NCBI GenBank assembly: GCA_964599615.1
Contig: CAZRGF010000006.1
Coordinates: forward strand, 1 to 55,918
DNA: 55,918 nt
From: Candidatus Woesearchaeota archaeon
GTDB taxonomy: Archaea > Nanobdellota > Nanobdellia > Pacearchaeales > UBA284
Direction of reading: 5' to 3'
The notes under the pieces are model-generated. The model was given only the letters and a program-made list of their open reading frames with translations. It did no database searches and had not been told where the DNA came from. The first letter of the stretch is position 1, and each line of letters starts with the position of its first letter. Below are positions 39,209-47,755 of the stretch, piece by piece. A program made the position numbers and the translations under genes.

Positions 39209-39482
39209 GGGTAATTAAAGAATTATCCGTTTTTATTGGTTGTGGTTTGTACTTACAATTTTTATGTCCTGGATTATCAGCGTAGAGGCAGAAATCATCA
39301 GATTGATGGCAAGAACCGGTTATATAGTGGGTTCTTTCATAATAATGGATTGGCTGTCTGACAAAACCGCAAAGATTCCCTTCGTGACTTAGTTCTGATA
39401 TTAACTCCAGTTGTTCTTTAGAAACTTGGATTTGTTTTATTATTGGTTCTCTTTTATGATAATGCTTTTTCTTTCTGGTCAT
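39108..39482 (-). CDS. Hypothetical Cys/His-rich protein
   Basis: Start coupled (ATGA) to the upstream stop; overlaps kae1 by 101 nt. Confidence 0.4.
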   Translation of the reverse strand: MTRKKKHYHKREPIIKQIQVSKEQLELISELSHEGNLCGFVRQPIHYYERTHYITGSCHQSDDFCLYADNPGHKNCKYKPQPIKTDNSLITHDNTWHRINCPYFWYIDFKRQNFFMQSKRYVYH

Positions 39483-40216
39483 TTTACTTTTTCGTAGTCT
39501 TCTTTACTTCCAATATCTATCCAGTTTCCTGAAAACGGGAATGCATAAATATCTTGTTTTTCAAATAATTCAATTATAAAATAAGTCAGACTAAAACTTG
39601 GATTTAACTTGTTTTCTTGCTTCGATTTTTCGTAGAAGAGTTTCATTTTTTCTAAATCTTGTTTTTTGATTAAATATATCCCAGTAACAGCCAAGTCTGA
39701 TTTGGCTTCTGGTGGTTTTTCTTCAATTCCAATTATTCTGTTTTCAGAATCAGTTTCAACTATCCCAAATTTTTTAGCATCTTCTTTATTCGCTAGTTTA
39801 TAACAAGCTATTGATGTTGCTTGTTTCTTTTCAACGAATTCGATGAATTTGTTTAAATCAAGTGAAAAGATATTGTCTCCGTATAGGACTAAGAGGTCGT
39901 CATCTATTTTATTCTGATTTATTCCAATTAAGCAGTCATGTAAGGCACCTTTTTGATCTTCAACCGAGATAGAACCAGTATCTACAATTTCAATTTTCTT
40001 AGATGTTTTTTGATTTGACTGCCACCAAGCAAAATTTGTATAAAATCTGTTGTTTGAAAGTACGTAGATTGTGTCAATCGCTTTCACACTATCTAATTTT
40101 TCAATAAGATAATTGAGGATGGGCATGCCTTTTATAGGCAATAGGGCTTTTGGTTGGCTTGCTGTCAGGGGTAGAAGCCGAGTTCCGTATCCCGCAACTG
40201 CGATAATTACCTTCAT
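39479..40216 (-). CDS. Sugar-phosphate nucleotidyltransferase
   Basis: AGYGTRLLPLT...PKALLPI, GDN, EEKP, WIDIG. Confidence 0.92.
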   Translation of the reverse strand: MKVIIAVAGYGTRLLPLTASQPKALLPIKGMPILNYLIEKLDSVKAIDTIYVLSNNRFYTNFAWWQSNQKTSKKIEIVDTGSISVEDQKGALHDCLIGINQNKIDDDLLVLYGDNIFSLDLNKFIEFVEKKQATSIACYKLANKEDAKKFGIVETDSENRIIGIEEKPPEAKSDLAVTGIYLIKKQDLEKMKLFYEKSKQENKLNPSFSLTYFIIELFEKQDIYAFPFSGNWIDIGSKEDYEKVK

Positions 40217-40746
40217 TTTAAGTTAAATTTTTTATTCTTTTTAATCTTTAGCATGTATTGTTTGATTTCTTCTGGACTTAAGTAGCCTCTTTTGTAAACG
40301 AGGGCTAATCTCTTAGGAAAAAATTTCTTTTTCCTGTTTAATGCTGTTAATAGGAGCTCTTTTCCATAGCCTTTCTTGATAGTTTGAATGTCTGTTTGTC
40401 TTTCATTTTCTCTTGCTGGATTTTTTCCAAAAATCCAGCTGATATCCAGTTTTATCCCAAAAATCAATAATTTTAATAAACCCATCTTGGTCTTTTTAAA
40501 AAACTCAAGATGACAGAGCTCATGAGCAAGAATTCCGGTCTTTAGATTCTTATCTTGTTTCCTGACTTTTGTGCTTATAAAAATGAGGTAAGTATTCCAC
40601 GAAGGGTAGTTTGCTACAAATCCAGAAGCCCAGAATATTATCTTGGGATATTCAACAACGATTATCTTCTTGTCTCTTAGAGAAGGAAAGGACTTTTTCA
40701 CAAGATTATTGATAATTTCCCGATACTCTTTGACATATTTATTCAT
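40213..40746 (-). CDS. Zincin-like metallopeptidase
   Basis: GILAHELCH plus downstream NERQTD. Confidence 0.7.
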   Translation of the reverse strand: MNKYVKEYREIINNLVKKSFPSLRDKKIIVVEYPKIIFWASGFVANYPSWNTYLIFISTKVRKQDKNLKTGILAHELCHLEFFKKTKMGLLKLLIFGIKLDISWIFGKNPARENERQTDIQTIKKGYGKELLLTALNRKKKFFPKRLALVYKRGYLSPEEIKQYMLKIKKNKKFNLK

Positions 40747-40958
40747 GCTAAAAGAAAAAGAAAGAGATTTATAATTTTAACTGTAATAAAGTAGACTCTT
40801 TAAGTTGTCATTTGAAATCTAGTTTTATTGTTTTCAAGAGGGTATTCTTAACATAATTTACATAAAAGGCAGATATAATTTAACCGAAGTAATTAATGAG
40901 ACTTGGGGAATATATAAAAATAAATAAATTAAAATAAAAAAATAAATTTTGAGGAGAT

Positions 40959-41087
40959 TTACTTCTTCTTCTTTTTCTTTTTTCCGCCTCTGGCCATTTT
41001 AGCTTCACATACGTTTCCTTTTCCGTCTACGTAGTAAAGATATCCTGGTTTCCTTTTGACAACGTTTTTTGCAATAACGCTTCCCAT
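40959..41087 (-). CDS. Small basic CC1-like chromatin/DNA-binding protein (42 aa; not in ORF track)
   Basis: Manual translation MGSVIAKNVVKRKPGYLYYVDGKGNVCEAKMARGGKKKKKKK; AAGGAGG SD upstream. Confidence 0.8.
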   Translation of the reverse strand: MGSVIAKNVVKRKPGYLYYVDGKGNVCEAKMARGGKKKKKKK

Positions 41088-41227
41088 TTTTTTCCTCCTT
41101 TATTTTATTTTTAAAATTTATCTTAATAGTCAGAGAGCAATTATGTATTTAAACCTTTCGTTCTCGACGGAAGTTATTAGTCAATGACAACTTTATCCAC
41201 GGTGTTTTTGTTTAGTTAGATTTAAAA

Positions 41228-41593
41228 ATGAAAAAAAACTATATCCTAATGGGAGCAAAAAAATATGAGGCATTTTCTTTTAAGTATCAGGGCAGAGACG
41301 TGAAAATCAAAGCAAAGACTTGTAAGGGGTTTTGGAGAAAGTTTTATGGAAAAATGTTCACTTTTAATAAAGAACCATTAATATTTGAGTTTCGAGAACA
41401 GATTTTAGCTGAAATCCACATGTTGTTCGTTTTTATGCCCCTGTTGGTTGTCTGGTTTGACGCTAAAAAGAAAGTTACTAAGATCAAAATCATGAAACCA
41501 TTTATTTCTTTTGAAAAATCTAGGGCAAAGTATGTTATTGAGATTCCTTTAAACAACAAGTTAATAAGAGACTTTGAACATTTTGAAGACTAA
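41228..41593 (+). CDS. DUF192 family protein
   Basis: IHMLFVFMPL.VVW.D, AKYVIEIP. Confidence 0.85.
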   Translation: MKKNYILMGAKKYEAFSFKYQGRDVKIKAKTCKGFWRKFYGKMFTFNKEPLIFEFREQILAEIHMLFVFMPLLVVWFDAKKKVTKIKIMKPFISFEKSRAKYVIEIPLNNKLIRDFEHFED

Positions 41594-41634
41594 AAAAATT
41601 TAAATACCAAAAAGAACTAACCTACTTAAGAAAA

Positions 41635-42540
41635 ATGAGGTGGTTATGGTTTGGGATTTTAGCTGCAATCCTTTTTGGATTATGGGGATTATTTGATAAA
41701 CTTTCAGGTGCATTAAGTCCATTTACTTCTAATCTTATTTTGTATACTTCTGCTTTGATTGTAACCTTGATAATGCTTGTTTTTAGTAAAAAAATCAAAT
41801 TTACTAAATATGCTTTTTTATCAGGAATTTTTGCTGGAATGGGTAATTTCTTCATTCTTTATTCCTTGTTAAAAAATAAGTTAATATTAGTTTTTCCATT
41901 TGTTTCTTTGGCAGGAGCAGTTTCTTTTTTAATTATTTGGATTTTTGAAAAACCAAAATATAATCAAAAACAAAAAATATTTGCAGTAATTGGGTTAATT
42001 CTTTGCTTCTTAGGAATACTGCTGGTTGCAACTGGTTCAGAAGGACTTCTAAATTTTGTAAAAGAATTAGCTATAAGTCCACTTTATCTCTTGTTCTCCC
42101 TCTTTGTTTTAATTGGATTTACTCTTTGGATTTTTTTAACATATAAGTCTGTTTCAAAAGAAGATATAAGTTCAGAAAATTCTACTTTTTTAAGTGTCCT
42201 TGGTTCTTTTGTTGTAGCGGTATTATCGGTTTTAATTTTAAATTATTCTTCTATAACTAGTTTTCAGTTTTTCAATATTCGCAGTTATATCTACCCAATT
42301 TTAGCTGGAATTTGTGTTGCATTTGGAATTTTGTTAACTTTTAGTGCATTTAAGGGAACAACGACCAAATCTAAATTACAAGAAGCAATTGTGGCAATTT
42401 TAGCAAATGCTGAATTAATCCCCCTATTATTCTTGTCTTATTTTATCTTGCATGAGTGGGTCTGGGAAGGCTTTGTAGGAACGATAATTGTTTTAGCAGG
42501 GCTTTTTTCTTTACATTTTGCGGAAATGATAAAGAAATAA
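41635..42540 (+). CDS. EamA/DMT family transporter
   Basis: About 10 TM helices in two repeats. Confidence 0.75.
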   Translation: MRWLWFGILAAILFGLWGLFDKLSGALSPFTSNLILYTSALIVTLIMLVFSKKIKFTKYAFLSGIFAGMGNFFILYSLLKNKLILVFPFVSLAGAVSFLIIWIFEKPKYNQKQKIFAVIGLILCFLGILLVATGSEGLLNFVKELAISPLYLLFSLFVLIGFTLWIFLTYKSVSKEDISSENSTFLSVLGSFVVAVLSVLILNYSSITSFQFFNIRSYIYPILAGICVAFGILLTFSAFKGTTTKSKLQEAIVAILANAELIPLLFLSYFILHEWVWEGFVGTIIVLAGLFSLHFAEMIKK

Positions 42541-42589
42541 GAAGTTAATGTTTATAACGGGAGTTAGACTGATAAGTAATATTAATTAG

Positions 42590-42619
42590 ACAAGACACTT
42601 TGTGCTGATGCAGTCTTGT
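42590..42619. repeat. Bulged-hairpin element, copy C (degenerate)
   Basis: ACAAGAC-actttg-TGC-tgat-GCA-GTCTTGT; outer stem nearly identical to copy B. Confidence 0.55.
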
Positions 42620-42700
42620 TTTTCTATGAGAACAAAGCGCAGGATAGTAACTAGAACGCAGAGGAGATTTAAGAGGGAGATTATTATTTATTATATCCCT

Positions 42701-43195
42701 TTAGCCTTCAAAATCCAATAAAGAATTCTGGTTTTCTGAAAGATAATCGGATTTCTTAGTTTCTTCTTCTTCGAGATGAACTGGTGGTTTAGGGACTGGT
42801 CTTGGTTCTGTGAAAAATCTTTCATTTCTTAGATACTCCCTGTAAAGTTTGTCTACCATTCTCCTATTAACAAAATCATGATGTCTAAAACCCCCGCCAA
42901 AGGTTTTTGGGATATGGGCCAATTCGTGAATTAAGGTTTTCATTTGATCTTCTTCTGACATTTTATCAAATTTCTCTGAAAGGATTTCAATAACATAGGC
43001 TGGCTCAATTTCAAGTACTTGTTGCAGGATTTTTGGCAGAGTGTGGCATCTTGCAATTATGTTTCTTGAAGAAGATTCATGGCTTCTGATGCAGTATACT
43101 CTGTTCAGGTTTACATGGTTCATACCAAGAACAACACATATTTTCTTGACATTAAACTTAATGTCCAGAGCTTCGTTATATTTTATTCCTGCCAT
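42701..43195 (-). CDS. Putative metallopeptidase
   Basis: ARC..L, YVIE..SEKFD, LIHELAHIP..F.GG.R.H. Confidence 0.8.
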   Translation of the reverse strand: MAGIKYNEALDIKFNVKKICVVLGMNHVNLNRVYCIRSHESSSRNIIARCHTLPKILQQVLEIEPAYVIEILSEKFDKMSEEDQMKTLIHELAHIPKTFGGGFRHHDFVNRRMVDKLYREYLRNERFFTEPRPVPKPPVHLEEEETKKSDYLSENQNSLLDFEG

Positions 43196-43273
43196 CTTAC
43201 AGCTTTATAACTGCCTCCTTTAATATTTATTCTACGGGAAGAAGGGGTTTTAAGGATTGTGGTTTTCTTGTGA

Positions 43274-44131
43274 CTATTTTTGTTCGCCCCAAAAATCTAG
43301 ATGTTTTACTTTTCCTTGTTTGAGCTCTATTAGTGTATTTACATCAGAACCATAACCTGAATTAAGACAAATTGTTCTCTTTATCCTGTCTTTTCCAAAA
43401 TGCTCGTGCATATGCCCTCCGATGGATATTAGTGGCTGATATTTTTCAATCATTTTCCTTGCGACAAGAGATCCGTAATGTAGTCCGTATCTGTTTGAGA
43501 ATTTTTCAGTTATCTCATCAAGCCTTGTATTGTAAGGTACGTTATGTGTTAAAAAGATAACAGGTTTTTCTGATCTTCTAAAAAGAAGATCTATTCTTTT
43601 TAAGAGATGTTGATATTCTCGTCTCTTTCTTTCTAGCTCTCCTTTAGTTTTTTCTTTTAAAGTGGTTTTGTCTTGAGGATATTCTGGACCAGAAGTTATG
43701 CCAAAACCAATTATTTGTGTTTCTTGACCTAAATTTCTTATTTTTCTATGTACGTTCACAATATTTTCCAAATCTTTTATTAATTCTTTGTAGTATCTTC
43801 TTCTTTTCCAATCCCAACTTTTAGTTGTTTGTGCCCAGTCCCAATTTCCAGGAACAACATATACGGGGACATCAAAAGAATTCAAAAATTCCAAAATTTT
43901 TCTACCATCTTTAACTGATTTTTGCATCATTTGTTTAGCATTTGATTTGCCAACAATATCATACCAATTCTTTTTGTACTGGGGATTAGAATTTTTTTCA
44001 TTTAAGACCTGAAAGATGTATTTTTTGAAACTATCTGAACAAAAGTCCCCCGGAGCAATGATTGCATCAAATCCTTTAAAGTGGATTTTTGGTTTATTTC
44101 CATGCAAATCACCAATAACTAAGATCTTCAT
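43274..44131 (-). CDS. Calcineurin-like metallophosphoesterase
   Basis: GDLHG, GD, PGNWD, THNVP, GHMHE. Confidence 0.9.
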   Translation of the reverse strand: MKILVIGDLHGNKPKIHFKGFDAIIAPGDFCSDSFKKYIFQVLNEKNSNPQYKKNWYDIVGKSNAKQMMQKSVKDGRKILEFLNSFDVPVYVVPGNWDWAQTTKSWDWKRRRYYKELIKDLENIVNVHRKIRNLGQETQIIGFGITSGPEYPQDKTTLKEKTKGELERKRREYQHLLKRIDLLFRRSEKPVIFLTHNVPYNTRLDEITEKFSNRYGLHYGSLVARKMIEKYQPLISIGGHMHEHFGKDRIKRTICLNSGYGSDVNTLIELKQGKVKHLDFWGEQK

Positions 44132-44132
44132 T

Positions 44133-44855
44133 TTATTTTATTTCCTCTGCGTTTTTATATGTTTCGAGGAAAAGCTGGTGCATGACTTTCACAAAGGCAA
44201 GGTCTTTGATCAACATAACTGTATTTGACTTGATTAAAGAGATTAAAACTTCTTTATCATCTATTATTGAAATAGCAACACCCTCATTATCAAATTTCCT
44301 TATGTTTTTATGTATTGTAGTCCAATCTTTAACATTTTTTTCAGTTTCTTTATCATGTCTTACTAAAGCTTTAAATTCCACCCCTTTTTTCTTTTCTTTT
44401 ATAACTTCTCTTACCCATTCAGGGTTAAATTCTGCTGTCCATCTTATACTATAATCATATTTTCTTGGTTTTCTATGCTCTTTTATCATCTTGTAGAATG
44501 CTTTTTTTCCATATCCCAGTGTGACAGCTTCTTTTTCCTTTGTTTCATAAAATCGTTTAAGTTTTTTTACTATTTCTTTTGCTTTGTCTAATCTCTCTTG
44601 TTTTTTGTGGATATAATCAAGAAGATGTTCTGGGTTTGTTGCAACAAATCTTTTATTTTTCTCCGGAATTATTTTAACCAGGCCTTTGTTTATCAAAGAA
44701 TTCAGGACATTATAGATTTTTCCATAAGGAACAGAACTTTTTGAACTTGTTTCCATGGAACTTAGCTTTCCAAATTCAATTAAAGTTTGATAAACTTTTG
44801 ATTCATTTTTTGAAAGTCCTAGGACTTCATAGTCTTCGTAGTTTTGTTCTTCCAT
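44133..44855 (-). CDS. TrmB family transcriptional regulator
   Basis: LGLSKNESKVY..L..VPYGKIYNVLNSL..KGLV. Confidence 0.88.
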   Translation of the reverse strand: MEEQNYEDYEVLGLSKNESKVYQTLIEFGKLSSMETSSKSSVPYGKIYNVLNSLINKGLVKIIPEKNKRFVATNPEHLLDYIHKKQERLDKAKEIVKKLKRFYETKEKEAVTLGYGKKAFYKMIKEHRKPRKYDYSIRWTAEFNPEWVREVIKEKKKGVEFKALVRHDKETEKNVKDWTTIHKNIRKFDNEGVAISIIDDKEVLISLIKSNTVMLIKDLAFVKVMHQLFLETYKNAEEIK

Positions 44856-44891
44856 GTTTGTTTAACCTCTTGAGATTTATAAACTTTATTA

Positions 44892-44915
44892 GTACAACCC
44901 CCCCAGGGGTTGCAC
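44892..44915. promoter_or_regulatory. Putative operator palindrome
   Basis: GTACAACCCC-ccca-GGGGTTGCAC between two divergent TATA-like boxes. Confidence 0.5.
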
Positions 44916-44989
44916 AAATATAAATAGGGTTTTTTCTTATGTATTATGTAATCATTAAGTAGTGATTACAAATAAACCAAGAGATAAAA

Positions 44990-45850
44990 ATGTTACAAGA
45001 CAAACTGCTTACTCTGGAGTCTCGTTTTCGAGAAGAAATTGCGAGATTGGGATTTGTAGAGTCAGGAACCTTAATCGGAAGGCCTGTTCAGGAAAGGGCA
45101 CTGGATAGAGTGCTTGACCTAGATCATGTCCTTGTGGTTAGAGCGATGGAGTTGGGCAAATATCATAAGATTGAAGATGTTTTAGAAAATATCAAAGATG
45201 GAACTTCATCTGGATTAGATGTCCAATATGCTATTTTTGATGGGCCTATGAAACCTCATTCAGATAAAGAAAATGAGGTTTTTTTCCATATTATTTTGCA
45301 TAGTCCTGAGACTTATACTTCAAGTCCTTTATTATTGTGCAAGAATTCATGGCAATCTGAAAAACAGTTCTTAGGAAAATCTTTAGATGAATATCAAAGA
45401 TTTCCTGAGGGTGTTACAAAAAAGATGCTGTTTGAAAGCGGTTTAGGACTAGACTCTTTATTGAAGATGGTTTCTAGCAATAGTTCTTTGTATTGTGGCT
45501 GGGAACAATCGGGAAATTTGATTCAACCAAAAGTAGGAGAAAAAGAATTTAATGAAATTGATGAAAGACTTGAATTATATTTTTATTCTATTTTAAGAGC
45601 TGCAAGCAATACCACCCGGCTTTTTATAGGAGATAATAAAGAGGGGATTGACTTGAAAATGTGCGCAAATTTTCAGAGAACTTGTGGAGATTTTAAATAT
45701 TCTAGAATGCCCAGAGAAATTTTTGTAAACAAGAGATTGCTCAGAAATAAAGTTTTAATCTTGTCACAAGGTTTTGTTGACAAATACCAACAAAAAGCAA
45801 TGGACTTTTTGTTGAACTTAAGAGAATATGTGGAAAAAAGAACTAGTTAA
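44990..45850 (+). CDS. Hypothetical protein (possible nucleotidyltransferase-like fold)
   Basis: 286 aa; G-x14-DLDHVLVV is weakly Pol-beta-like. Confidence 0.5.
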   Translation: MLQDKLLTLESRFREEIARLGFVESGTLIGRPVQERALDRVLDLDHVLVVRAMELGKYHKIEDVLENIKDGTSSGLDVQYAIFDGPMKPHSDKENEVFFHIILHSPETYTSSPLLLCKNSWQSEKQFLGKSLDEYQRFPEGVTKKMLFESGLGLDSLLKMVSSNSSLYCGWEQSGNLIQPKVGEKEFNEIDERLELYFYSILRAASNTTRLFIGDNKEGIDLKMCANFQRTCGDFKYSRMPREIFVNKRLLRNKVLILSQGFVDKYQQKAMDFLLNLREYVEKRTS

Positions 45851-45872
45851 GTTTATAATTGATTTTATTTAG

Positions 45873-45918
45873 TTGGTTCGGTGCAAGACGTAACTCAGTG
45901 CACAACGTTGCGAACCAA
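45873..45918. repeat. Bulged-hairpin element, copy D
   Basis: TTGGTTCG-GTGCA-13nt-TGCAC-aacgttg-CGAACCAA. Confidence 0.85.
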
Positions 45919-45976
45919 ATTTAAGGTTATTATTACTTATAGCCTTATAACTGCGCTGAGGCTTTTCAATAAAAAT

Positions 45977-46189
45977 TTAATCATTTATCTCGACAACTTT
46001 TTCTCTGTTAGTCAGTCCTCTTACAATCTTGACTTGAGAACTCGAGACTTTAAAATGTTTTGCTAAAAGCTTTATAAGTTCGATGTTAGCTTTGTTGTCT
46101 TTGGGCGGAGATTTCAAGAAAGCTGTGTTTGATTGCAAGTCAAATTCAGATTTTTTCGAATTTGGCTTGACTTTTATTGTTAAAAACAT
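45977..46189 (-). CDS. DUF167 (YggU-like) protein
   Basis: KVKPNS, SPP.DNKAN.ELI..LA, I..G...REK. Confidence 0.9.
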   Translation of the reverse strand: MFLTIKVKPNSKKSEFDLQSNTAFLKSPPKDNKANIELIKLLAKHFKVSSSQVKIVRGLTNREKVVEIND

Positions 46190-46223
46190 TTTTGAGTTAT
46201 GTTCATAAATAATTTTTGTTAGT

Positions 46224-46261
46224 TGGCTCAGTGAATTTAGGGTTCACAACGTTGTGAGCCA
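46224..46261. repeat. Bulged-hairpin element, copy E
   Basis: TGGCTCA-GTGAA-tttaggg-TTCAC-aacgttg-TGAGCCA. Confidence 0.85.
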
Positions 46262-46291
46262 CATTTGTTTTAACTTATAGAGTTTTTGGAT

Positions 46292-47104
46292 TTATAGTTC
46301 TACGAACTCACAAATTCCATCTACTTTGTCATCTTTAACGTGAACTGAAAAAGGAACTCGGGCTAGTTTTCCACTAGGAGTTCCGCTTGGGTCTAGGATG
46401 ATTATATTTTTGATTTTTTCATGTCCGCCTGAGACACGGATTCCAGTTTTACTTGTTATTTCTTCTGCCCATTTTGTGATAAAACATGGAGACTCCTCAT
46501 TTTTGCTGTAGGAAATGTATTTTTCATAAAATTCATGGGAGACTGGCTTTTTAAGCAAAAGATAAACATGATAACTTGAGCCTGTAAAAAGAACTTTCGT
46601 TTTGAATTTCAAAAGTTTATTGAACGCTTCATCGTTTTTAATCACCTCTATAAGTTGTTGGGCTGCAATCTTTGCTTTTTCAGTTGACAAGTTAGTTCTA
46701 TCAAGGTCAATGAAAATCCTTTCTATTTTCTTGCCTGGGCCTTCGCCATTGGTTGCATAAAAGAATTCAACTGGCTTATTCGGAGGAAAGTAAAGCCATA
46801 TTTTAGCTTGTACCTTTGTAAGTAATCTATTCGCTATAGCTTCATGTCGTTTTACCTTTGTCCTTAACTCAAAAAACCTTTGAGAAAGGTTTTTTTCATT
46901 CAATTCTTGGACGAATAAAGGCTCGTCTTTTGAGCCTCTTCTTAGGAAAACTCCATTAGGGGGAATATGGATTTTAGTGGCTATTTCCTTGGCTTTGAGG
47001 AATGAAGAGAGTTCTTTGATATGTTTAGAATAGAAGTATAAACAATCTAGATGCCCCCTGAAATAAAGCTCTTTTTCATACTTCTTTTTTGAATCTTTTG
47101 GCAT
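46292..47104 (-). CDS. Stand-alone archaeo-eukaryotic primase (AEP) superfamily protein
   Basis: IFIDLD, FTGSSYHVY, IILD and ARVPFSVH motifs. Confidence 0.7.
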   Translation of the reverse strand: MPKDSKKKYEKELYFRGHLDCLYFYSKHIKELSSFLKAKEIATKIHIPPNGVFLRRGSKDEPLFVQELNEKNLSQRFFELRTKVKRHEAIANRLLTKVQAKIWLYFPPNKPVEFFYATNGEGPGKKIERIFIDLDRTNLSTEKAKIAAQQLIEVIKNDEAFNKLLKFKTKVLFTGSSYHVYLLLKKPVSHEFYEKYISYSKNEESPCFITKWAEEITSKTGIRVSGGHEKIKNIIILDPSGTPSGKLARVPFSVHVKDDKVDGICEFVEL

Positions 47105-47179
47105 TTATTGACAAGATTTCATATTTTAAAAATATTTGTCCTTAATAAGATTTAAAAACCATCAAAATCTACTCATTTA

Positions 47180-47602
47180 ATGGGATTAATGAGTGCAAGA
47201 AAACTAGGGAAAGACAGGCAGAAGTTTCGATGGAGACACTTCAAGTTTAAAAGAAGATTGTTAAGATTGAAACAGAGGACTGATCCTTTAGAAGGAACTA
47301 GCCAAGCAAAAGGCATTGTTCTCGAGAAGGTTCAGCTTGAAGCAAAACAACCAAACTCTGCAATGAGGAAGTGTGCTAAAGTCCAGTTATTAAAGAATAA
47401 TAAGACAATCACTGCATTTATCCCTGGAAATTTAGCTCAAAAATTTATTGATGAGCATGATGAGGTTCTTGTTGAATGCATAGGGGGTAAGATGGGAAGA
47501 GCAAAAGGAGATATTCCTTGTGTCAGGTATCAGGTTATAGCTGTAAATGATCAGTCATTGAGCAGATTAGCTCACGGAAAGATTGAGAAAGGTAGGAGAT
47601 AA
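47180..47602 (+). CDS. rpsL: 30S ribosomal protein uS12
   Basis: [19 protein letters not shown]. Confidence 0.97.
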   Translation: MGLMSARKLGKDRQKFRWRHFKFKRRLLRLKQRTDPLEGTSQAKGIVLEKVQLEAKQPNSAMRKCAKVQLLKNNKTITAFIPGNLAQKFIDEHDEVLVECIGGKMGRAKGDIPCVRYQVIAVNDQSLSRLAHGKIEKGRR

Positions 47603-47755
47603 AAGTAGGAGGTAAATAATAATATATACTAGCGAACAAAAAATCAAGTGATGATTTTTTGCAAATTGCTAATTAGAAAGTGCCTTGCTATTAAAATTTA
47701 ACACATACAGATTAAATAAAAACAAAAAATAAAGAATATACAAAAAACACATAAA

